Assembly (NCBI GenBank): GCA_026986775.1
Contig: JALSNX010000030.1
Coordinates: 79,483-143,482 of the forward strand
DNA length: 64,000 nucleotides
Source: a candidate division WOR-3 bacterium
Lineage (GTDB): Bacteria > Hydrothermota > Hydrothermia > UBA1063 > CAJXJZ01
Direction: 5' to 3'
Part shown: piece by piece, positions 57,238 to 64,000 of the stretch
Layout: each line of letters starts with the position of its first letter
How positions within the stretch are numbered: the stretch's first letter is position 1
Position numbers and translations under genes: made by a program
Notes under the pieces: generated by a model
What the model saw: the letters and a program-made list of their open reading frames with translations, nothing else
Told to the model about the DNA's origin: nothing
The model's database searches: none

Positions 57238-58299
57238 ATGGATGATAAAATACCGGAAATAGAGGATACAAGAAGAGATATAAAAGAGTGGATTATGGCA
57301 GCAATCACGCTGCAGGATATCACGGTAAAGATGCATCGTTCTACTGACATGTATGAAGCCATGGATTTTATCATTGAAGCCACCATAAGATTACTGAAAG
57401 TTGAGTATGCCAGCATAATTCTTGTGTACCTGAAAAACAGAAAGTTTTTAAAGAGTGCAACAAATGACCCCACAAGAGAAAAACACAGCACATGGCAGTA
57501 TTTAAGACCCAATGGTCTTACTTTCCATGTGGCGAGTACGCGAGAAATAGTTATTGTTTATGATGTTGATACACATCCACTTACTACAAATCCAATGCTT
57601 AAAGATTTAAATATCAAATCTTTGCTTGCAGTTCCTGTAGTATCTGGTGATGAGGTACTTGGGGTTTTCTATGCTCTCACCACCCGAAAACGCAGGTTTG
57701 ATAAATTTGACCTTCATCTTGCCCGCAACCTTGCTGCCCATGCCGCGACTGCAATTCAGAATATAAGATTCAAAAATGAACTTCTGAGGATAGCAAGGGA
57801 GGACCCGTTAACAGGTCTTTTAAATCGCAGAGCTTTTATGGAGCGACTTGAAAACGAGTTTCACAGGTTTAAAAGATACAAAGAGGAGTTTGCTCTTGCT
57901 GTGATAGACCTGGACAACCTGAAAAAAGTTAATGATACGCTGGGGCATCATATGGGAGACCATTACATAAAGTCTTTTGCCAGGGTTCTTAACAAGACCC
58001 TAAGAAAGTCTGATGTTTCGGCTCGTATTGGAGGTGATGAGTTTTCCGTAATCATTATAAAACCTGACACAGACTCATTACATAAGGTCTTTGGCCGCAT
58101 TCAGGGTTTATGGGAAAAAGAGGCGGGAATAATAAACATAACACCTACATTCAGTGCAGGCATTTACCTTGTAAGCAGTGCAAATAATATTTCTCATGTA
58201 CAGGAACTCTTTAAACTTGCGGATAGGGAACTCTACAATTCCAAAAAACATGGTAAAGCATCGGTTTCCATTATGGGAAATATCATAAAAATTGTATAA
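57238..58299 (+). CDS. GAF-domain diguanylate cyclase (GGDEF)
   Basis: N-terminal GAF-like region. The C-terminal GGDEF domain has RIGGDEFSVI, the I-site-like RKSD, and LTGLLNRRAF. Confidence 0.85.
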   Translation: MDDKIPEIEDTRRDIKEWIMAAITLQDITVKMHRSTDMYEAMDFIIEATIRLLKVEYASIILVYLKNRKFLKSATNDPTREKHSTWQYLRPNGLTFHVASTREIVIVYDVDTHPLTTNPMLKDLNIKSLLAVPVVSGDEVLGVFYALTTRKRRFDKFDLHLARNLAAHAATAIQNIRFKNELLRIAREDPLTGLLNRRAFMERLENEFHRFKRYKEEFALAVIDLDNLKKVNDTLGHHMGDHYIKSFARVLNKTLRKSDVSARIGGDEFSVIIIKPDTDSLHKVFGRIQGLWEKEAGIINITPTFSAGIYLVSSANNISHVQELFKLADRELYNSKKHGKASVSIMGNIIKIV

Positions 58300-58376
58300 A
58301 ATTCGTGTGATTCTGATTTTTGAGCATACACGCATAATACCATATAATTTTTTCCATAAAAAGGAGACCTTGATAT

Positions 58377-59693
58377 ATGGGAAAATTCACCTTTAAAGGG
58401 GGTGTGCATCCAGAGTATAACAAGATAACCAGTGATGTTCCCATAGAGAGCCTCCCTCTTCCCAAAGAATTGTACGTGCCGGTATTGCAGCATCTTGGGA
58501 GACCGGCAAAAGTAGTTGTAAAGAGGGGAGAGGCTGTAAAGAGGGGACAGATAATCGCGGAGGCAGACGGTTTTATCTCGGCAAATATACATTCTCCCAC
58601 CTCAGGAAAGGTTAAAAAAATATGGCCCGTACTTCACCCAGTCACTGGTATTAACGTGGATGCTATTGTCATAGAGCCCGATGGAGAGGATGAATGGGTT
58701 GAAGGAGTAGAGGAGGATAAAAATTACAGGGATATATCTCCCAAGGATATAGTAGAAAGAGTTAAGAATGCTGGAATAGTTGGACTTGGAGGTGCCACAT
58801 TTCCCACGCATGTTAAACTGTCCCCACCTCCTGATAAGCCCATTGATACAGTCATAATAAATGGTGCTGAGTGTGAACCATACCTTACTGCTGATGATAG
58901 AATAATGCAGGAGCGGGCACATGATATAGTAGAAGGTGCTTTTCTTATAAAGAAGGCACTTTCCGCAAAGAAGGTAATTATTGCTATAGAAGATAACAAA
59001 CCCAAGGCCATATCAAAGGTAGAAGAGGCGATAAAAGGAGAAAACTGGATAGATATTGCTGTTACAGAAACTAAGTACCCGGAAGGCGGTGAAAAACAGC
59101 TAATCTGGGCGATTTTAAAGAGAGAAGTTCCCTCTGGTGGGCTTCCCATGGACGTAGGTGCTCTTGTTCAGAACGTTGGTACCACAGTGGCTATTTATGA
59201 GGCAGTAAGATACAGAAAGCCTCTGACAGAGAGGGTCCTGACCCTTTCAGGAGACCTGCCCAAAAAGAAGGGAAATTATCTTGTAAGACTGGGAACTCTT
59301 TTTAAAGACGTGTTAGAACTTGCCGGTGGGCTTAAAAAAGACCAATACAGGGTAATTATGGGTGGGCCCATGATGGGTATTGCACAGCATTCGCTTGAGG
59401 TTCCCGTTATTAAAGGCACAAGTGGAATTCTCGTTTTTTCAAAGGAAAATACCCATTATCAGGAGCCTTATCCATGTATAAGGTGTGCGAGATGCGTTGA
59501 TGTGTGTCCGATGAACCTCATGCCACTTTATTTTGTGGACCTTATCAAGGCAAAGAGATTTGAGGATGCAAAGAAGATAGGGCTTTTAGATTGTATTGAG
59601 TGTGGTTCCTGTGCTTATATATGTCCTTCTCACATAAGACATGTTCAACTCATTAAGTATGGCAAACAGGAACTCAGGAGGCTTAAAAAATGA
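58377..59693 (+). CDS. rnfC: Rnf electron transport complex subunit C
   Basis: N-terminus FKGGVHPEYNKITS. Two ferredoxin-type clusters CIRCARCVDVCP and CIECGSCAYICP. NADH-binding-like GLGGATFPT. Confidence 0.92.
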   Translation: MGKFTFKGGVHPEYNKITSDVPIESLPLPKELYVPVLQHLGRPAKVVVKRGEAVKRGQIIAEADGFISANIHSPTSGKVKKIWPVLHPVTGINVDAIVIEPDGEDEWVEGVEEDKNYRDISPKDIVERVKNAGIVGLGGATFPTHVKLSPPPDKPIDTVIINGAECEPYLTADDRIMQERAHDIVEGAFLIKKALSAKKVIIAIEDNKPKAISKVEEAIKGENWIDIAVTETKYPEGGEKQLIWAILKREVPSGGLPMDVGALVQNVGTTVAIYEAVRYRKPLTERVLTLSGDLPKKKGNYLVRLGTLFKDVLELAGGLKKDQYRVIMGGPMMGIAQHSLEVPVIKGTSGILVFSKENTHYQEPYPCIRCARCVDVCPMNLMPLYFVDLIKAKRFEDAKKIGLLDCIECGSCAYICPSHIRHVQLIKYGKQELRRLKK

Positions 59694-60655
59694 GTGAAAA
59701 ACTACTTGTCGTTTCAAGCTCTCCCCATGTGTTCACAAGGGAGGATTCAAAAAAGATAATGTGGAATACAGTCCTATCATTGCTTCCTCCGACAATAGGG
59801 GCAGTTTATTTCTTTGGACTGAGAGCACTGCTTGTTATCCTTGTTTCTGTTATAAGTGCTGTTATCTCTGAGGCAATATGGCTTTATGTGAGGAAAATGC
59901 CCCTTTCAATGTCCCTTGATGGCAGTCAGGTAATAACAGGTATTCTCCTTGCTCTTACTCTTCCGCCATCAATACCTTTATGGATGGCCGCTTTAGGTTC
60001 TGTCTTTGGAATAATCTTTGGAAAGCAGGTTTTTGGAGGTATAGGACAAAACATCTTTAATCCCGCTCTTATTGGAAGGGCATTTCTCATGGCTGCTTTT
60101 CCGGTGGAACTCACGACATGGGTGGCACCAAATCCCGGTCTGCATTCAGGATTTGACACGGTTACAACTGCCACTCCCCTTGCACTTATGAAGTTTTCTC
60201 ATAAGATGACCTCATACAAGGCTCTGTTCTGGGGTAATGTCGGAGGGTCTCTCGGTGAGACTTCTGTATTCCTTATACTTATAGGCTTTGTGTTCCTCGT
60301 TATTAAAAAGTACATTGACTGGAAGGAGACATTTTCATATGTGGCTACAGTATTCGTACTTGGAGGTATTTTCTGGCTTATCAATCCTTCAAAGTATCCA
60401 GATCCCATTTTCCACGTTCTTTCGGGAGGCCTGATGCTTGGTGCAGTATATATGATAACAGATATGGTAACAAGTCCGGTTACTTCAAAGGGAAGGATAA
60501 TTTATGGAATAGGCGCAGGTATTCTCGTTATTCTCATAAGGCTTTTCGGTGGTTTTCCGGAAGGTGTTATGTATTCAATACTCCTCATTAATATGACAAG
60601 ACCATGGATTGACAGATTGACTATAAGAAGAAGATTTGGGGAGGTAAGAAAATGA
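59690..60655 (+). CDS. rnfD: Rnf complex subunit D
   Basis: Polytopic membrane protein with N-terminus VVSSSPHVF. NqrB/RnfD family. ATGA-coupled to rnfC. Confidence 0.9.
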   Translation: MSEKLLVVSSSPHVFTREDSKKIMWNTVLSLLPPTIGAVYFFGLRALLVILVSVISAVISEAIWLYVRKMPLSMSLDGSQVITGILLALTLPPSIPLWMAALGSVFGIIFGKQVFGGIGQNIFNPALIGRAFLMAAFPVELTTWVAPNPGLHSGFDTVTTATPLALMKFSHKMTSYKALFWGNVGGSLGETSVFLILIGFVFLVIKKYIDWKETFSYVATVFVLGGIFWLINPSKYPDPIFHVLSGGLMLGAVYMITDMVTSPVTSKGRIIYGIGAGILVILIRLFGGFPEGVMYSILLINMTRPWIDRLTIRRRFGEVRK

Positions 60656-61203
60656 AACTGGGCATAAAGATGATACTTGTTTTAACATCCATTGCACTTG
60701 TCAGTGGACTTCTTCTCTCTTACACGTACCAGTCAACGAAAGCTGATATAGAAAGAAATAAAGAGATAGAAAAGGAAAGGGCCATTAAAGTGGTGATTCC
60801 CGGTACTGAGAGATTTGAAGAGAAGGTTATTAATGTGAAGAATTATCTCCTTGTTGCCTATGATAAAGATGATAACCTGATAGGATACGCAATGCTCACA
60901 GAAGGAACAGGATTTCAGGGCCCAATAAAACTCATGGTGGGATTTGATACCACTTTAAGCAAGATAACCGGTATGGAAGTGCTTGAAAATGTTGAAACTC
61001 CTGGACTTGGAAACAGGATTGTTGAAGACTGGTTTAAAAAGCAGTTTAAAGGAAGATTAACTCCCATTGGTTACGTTAAGGGTAAAAAGCCGGAGAATCC
61101 ACATAATATACAGGCAATTTCCGGTGCCACAATATCATCCCGCTCTGTGGTTAAAATAGTCAATGATGCATGGAAACTTGCTAAAAAGGAGATTAAGAAA
61201 TGA
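60652..61203 (+). CDS. rnfG: Rnf complex subunit G (FMN-binding)
   Basis: N-terminal TM helix. FMN-attachment motif SGATISS. Confidence 0.88.
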   Translation: MKLGIKMILVLTSIALVSGLLLSYTYQSTKADIERNKEIEKERAIKVVIPGTERFEEKVINVKNYLLVAYDKDDNLIGYAMLTEGTGFQGPIKLMVGFDTTLSKITGMEVLENVETPGLGNRIVEDWFKKQFKGRLTPIGYVKGKKPENPHNIQAISGATISSRSVVKIVNDAWKLAKKEIKK

Positions 61204-61808
61204 AGAAGCATTCATTGTTTTACGAGTTTAAAAAGGGACTTGTGGCTGAAAATCCAGTCCTTGTAATGCTTTTGGGATTGTGTTCCACTCTTGCTGTATC
61301 CAATAAGGCAATAAACTCTGTTGCAATGGCACTTGCTGTATTTTTCGTTCTGTTTTTCTCCTCTTTAATAATAGGTATTATCAAGAACCTTATTCCCGAT
61401 CAGGTTCGTATTCCTTCGTTTATTCTGGTTATAGCCACATTTGTTACACTTGCGGACCTCTTCATGAAAGCAAAGTTTCCTGCTATATCAAAGGCCCTTG
61501 GTCCATATATTCCTCTTATAGTGGTAAACTGTATAATACTTGGAAGACAGGAGGCCTTTGTATCCAAAAATTCACTTATTGCCTCCTTAATGGACGCAAT
61601 TGGAATGAGTCTGGGATACTTCTGGGTAATTGTTCTTCTGGGTATTGTTCGTGAGGTTTTAGGCTTTGGGACGATCTTCGGCTATAAAGTTCTGGGTTCG
61701 TGGTTTAAACCATGGCTTGTTATGGTGCTTCCACCCGGTTCCTTTATAACGCTTGGTATTTTTGTAGGTGTTCTGAACTGGCTCAGGGCAAAGGGAGGTA
61801 AAGCATGA
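61200..61808 (+). CDS. rnfE: Rnf complex subunit E
   Basis: NPVLVMLLGLCSTLAV. RnfE/NqrD family. 202 aa. Confidence 0.88.
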   Translation: MKKHSLFYEFKKGLVAENPVLVMLLGLCSTLAVSNKAINSVAMALAVFFVLFFSSLIIGIIKNLIPDQVRIPSFILVIATFVTLADLFMKAKFPAISKALGPYIPLIVVNCIILGRQEAFVSKNSLIASLMDAIGMSLGYFWVIVLLGIVREVLGFGTIFGYKVLGSWFKPWLVMVLPPGSFITLGIFVGVLNWLRAKGGKA

Positions 61809-62389
61809 TACAGAAAGCAATAATCATATTTCTTGCAGCGGCATTGACCAATAACTTTGTTTTAACATACTTCCTTGGGCTCTGCCCATTTGTGGGTGTT
61901 TCTGAGCGCTCATCATCAGCAATAGGAATGGGTTTTGCTTCAACCTTCGTTATGACCATGACCGCAGTAATTGCCTGGATAATGGACTGGCTCGTTTTAA
62001 GACCTCTTCACCTTGAGTTTCTTCAAACTGCTGTTTTTATTCTTGTTATCGCCTCTTTAGTCCAGTTCGTGGAAATGTTTATTAAGAAGACATCAAAGGA
62101 ACTGTACAAGGCACTGGGTATCTATCTACCACTTATTACAACCAACTGTATAGTATTCGGTCTTGCTCTCATAGGCTCAATGAAAAACTATAATCTTCTT
62201 GAAAATATCATGCTGGGATTTGGAGCAGGTATGGGGTTTACTCTTGCACTTGTTCTCATTGCCGGTATAAGAGAGGAACTTGAGTTCAGAAATGTTCCAG
62301 AGCCTCTTAAGGGTGCCGGTATTACTCTTATAGTGGTGGGACTTATGGCGCTTGCCTTTATGGGATTTTCCGGTATGGTGACACTGTAG
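61805..62389 (+). CDS. rnfA: Rnf complex subunit A
   Basis: NNFVLTYFLGLCPFVGVS. RnfA/NqrE family. 194 aa. Confidence 0.88.
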   Translation: MIQKAIIIFLAAALTNNFVLTYFLGLCPFVGVSERSSSAIGMGFASTFVMTMTAVIAWIMDWLVLRPLHLEFLQTAVFILVIASLVQFVEMFIKKTSKELYKALGIYLPLITTNCIVFGLALIGSMKNYNLLENIMLGFGAGMGFTLALVLIAGIREELEFRNVPEPLKGAGITLIVVGLMALAFMGFSGMVTL

Positions 62390-62399
62390 GAGGAGAAAA

Positions 62400-63233
62400 A
62401 TGAATACTATTTTACTTTCAGTTATAGTAATGGCAGGCATGGGCATCTTCTTTGCCCTGTTTCTCCTTATATCGTATAAGAAGTTATCTGTTGAAGAGGA
62501 CCCAAGAGTAAAGAGAATTGAAGACATTTTGCCCGGTGCAAACTGTGGTGCATGTGGCTTTCCGGGTTGTGCCGCTTACGCGGAGGCTATTGTTCTTGAA
62601 GGTGCAGAGATAAATAGATGTGCTCCTGGTGGTGCGGATGTGGTTGTGGAAATAGGAAAAATAATGGGAATAGAGGCAGAGGCAAAGGCCACACCGGTTG
62701 CTCATTTAATGTGTCAGGGCTCACCAGAGGTGGCAGTGCAGAGGAGTATATATGTGGGAGAGCCATCGTGCAGGGTGGCAGATTTCACAACAAAGGGAGA
62801 TAAGGCCTGCACTTATGGCTGTCTTGGACTTGGAGATTGTGTTCGTGTCTGTCCTTTCAATGCAATGTACATGGGGGAGGACAACCTGCCCAAGATTATA
62901 GAGGAAAACTGCACAGGTTGTGGTCTCTGTGTTGAGGAGTGTCCAAGAGATATACTTGCTCTTGTCCCAAGAGACCAGAAAACATTTGTTGCATGCGTGA
63001 ACAAGGATAAAGGGGCAATATCCCGTAAAGTATGTAAGGTCTCATGCATTGCCTGTGGTTTGTGCGTAAAGAAGGCTCCAGAAGGTGCCATGACAATGAA
63101 GGATAATCTTGCGGTAATCCTTGATTATAAGCAGGTTGATACAAAGGCTGAAGAGGTGTATGCTGTGTGTCCAACAAAGGCCATAGAACTTAAAGGCAAT
63201 GTCCCTGCTGTGGCGGGAGTGGATAATGGCTGA
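62400..63233 (+). CDS. rnfB: Rnf complex subunit B (polyferredoxin)
   Basis: N-terminal TM helix. CGACGFPGCAAYAEA motif. Multiple CxxCxxCxxxCP clusters. Confidence 0.9.
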   Translation: MNTILLSVIVMAGMGIFFALFLLISYKKLSVEEDPRVKRIEDILPGANCGACGFPGCAAYAEAIVLEGAEINRCAPGGADVVVEIGKIMGIEAEAKATPVAHLMCQGSPEVAVQRSIYVGEPSCRVADFTTKGDKACTYGCLGLGDCVRVCPFNAMYMGEDNLPKIIEENCTGCGLCVEECPRDILALVPRDQKTFVACVNKDKGAISRKVCKVSCIACGLCVKKAPEGAMTMKDNLAVILDYKQVDTKAEEVYAVCPTKAIELKGNVPAVAGVDNG

Positions 63234-63621
63234 GACCAGTGGTGTAGTAAAAAAGGTAACAGGTAAGAAGGTTATTGTTGCCACATCAAAAGGGGGCTGC
63301 CATTCATGCCCCCTTTCCAAAGTATGTAGCGTTAACAACATAGATGAAGTTGAAGCCATAAAGGTAGGGGACCTTAAAGTAGGGGATAGAGTGAAACTTC
63401 ACAATTCAGATTCAAAACTCATTGTATTTTCTTTTGTTCTCTTCATCATGCCCTTAATAGTTCTTGTGGCAGTATTTGCATCTTTACCCGAAAAGATGAG
63501 TCAGGGTATAAAAATACTCATAGCACTTTCCGCCACAGCCTTGTATTTTATACTTCTGGGGCTGGTGGAGAAGAAGTTTAAGGATAGATTTATACTTCCT
63601 GTGGCAGAGAAATCTGAGTAA
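63226..63621 (+). CDS. RseC/MucC-family protein (SoxR-reducing-system / positive regulator of sigma-E component)
   Basis: N-terminal CxxC region (GGCHSCPLSKVC) followed by two TM helices. It sits directly after rnfB (ATG overlapping the rnfB stop), as in many rnf/rsx operons. Confidence 0.65.
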   Translation: MAETSGVVKKVTGKKVIVATSKGGCHSCPLSKVCSVNNIDEVEAIKVGDLKVGDRVKLHNSDSKLIVFSFVLFIMPLIVLVAVFASLPEKMSQGIKILIALSATALYFILLGLVEKKFKDRFILPVAEKSE

Positions 63622-63645
63622 GGTTTTCCTCTAAAATGTAAATTT

Positions 63646-63674
63646 TTGCATATACGCTTCCTGTGATTTATTAT
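63646..63674 (+). promoter_or_regulatory. sigma-70-like promoter candidate TTGCAT-17-TATTAT upstream of arsC
   Basis: ttgcatatacgcttcctgtgatttattat, followed by the GGTGAGG RBS at 63684-63690. Confidence 0.35.
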
Positions 63675-63696
63675 AATTACAAAGGTGAGGTATTGT

Positions 63697-64000
63697 TTGA
63701 AAAAGGTTCTTTTTATATGTACCCATAATTCCGCAAGGTCACAGATGGCCGAAGGACTGTTAAATGTCATGGGTTCAGGTAAATACATGGCAAGCAGTGC
63801 AGGAACCACACCATCAAAGGTACATCCTCTTGCAATCTATGTTATGAAAGAGATAGGAATTGATATTTCGCATCACCGTTCAAAAAGCATAGAAGAGTTC
63901 AAAGGAGAAAAATTTGATATTGTTGTGACTGTTTGCGATAATGCAAAAGAGGCCTGTCCTTTTTTTCCTTATGCTAAAAAATATCTTCACAGGTCATTTG
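63697..64000 (+). CDS. arsC: arsenate reductase, LMW-PTP/thioredoxin-coupled family (partial, runs off the window end)
   Basis: TTG start 7 nt after the AGGTGAGG RBS. The catalytic P-loop CTHNSARS and downstream VCDNAKEACPFFP are typical of LMW-PTP ArsC. Confidence 0.75.
   Translation, partial: MKKVLFICTHNSARSQMAEGLLNVMGSGKYMASSAGTTPSKVHPLAIYVMKEIGIDISHHRSKSIEEFKGEKFDIVVTVCDNAKEACPFFPYAKKYLHRSF

Noticed and set aside
57231-57512. 93-aa minus-strand ORF overlapping the start of the GAF-GGDEF gene
   Set aside because: It is antisense to a well-supported gene and has a hydrophobic, low-complexity translation.

Overview
This is a 64 kb window of low-GC DNA (about 38% GC by eye) from an uncultured bacterium of the FCB (Fibrobacterota-Chlorobiota-Bacteroidota) group that carries a type IX secretion system. 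The evidence is four very large secreted proteins ending in clear T9SS C-terminal sorting domains, an Rnf complex, and many ATGA-coupled genes. The layout is as follows. (1) 89-9159, minus strand: an operon of eukaryotic-like phospho-signalling genes (ankyrin, Zn-ribbon/FHA, FHA-transmembrane-serine-protease fusion, Ser/Thr kinase-FHA, Zn-ribbon kinase-like protein, PP2C). (2) 9400-12476, minus strand: a small island of secreted proteins (InlB-B-repeat lipoprotein, second ankyrin protein, CAP/SCP protein). The two ankyrin genes share tandem TTTCA-N3-TGAAA operator-like elements. (3) 12609-17766, plus strand: housekeeping genes (acidic small protein, valS, gatA, eIF-2B-like). (4) 17960-36028, plus strand: three giant T9SS cargo genes of 954, 2388 and 2516 aa, built from beta-propeller-like repeats, FG-GAP/IPT modules and an uncharacterized ~107-aa domain that is repeated 14 times in tandem. 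Both upstream regions carry near-consensus sigma-54 promoters preceded by clusters of GTGACAT palindromes. (5) 36093-40426, minus strand: an FHA-GAF-sigma-54 enhancer-binding protein translationally coupled to a transmembrane Ser/Thr kinase with a TPR/propeller ectodomain. (6) Housekeeping and accessory genes: DUF4139, coaE, TPR protein, holA, tRNA-Glu, radical SAM, ychF, folD, a 1538-aa lamin-tail-domain T9SS cargo, LEA-like lipoprotein, PrsW, GAF-GGDEF. (7) rnfCDGEAB, an rseC-like gene and a partial arsC. The most interesting hypothesis is a Ser/Thr-kinase to FHA to sigma-54 activator circuit that controls the giant adhesin-like T9SS cargo genes through GTGACAT upstream activating sequences. 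I found no CRISPR array, integrase or recognisable phage-defence system.
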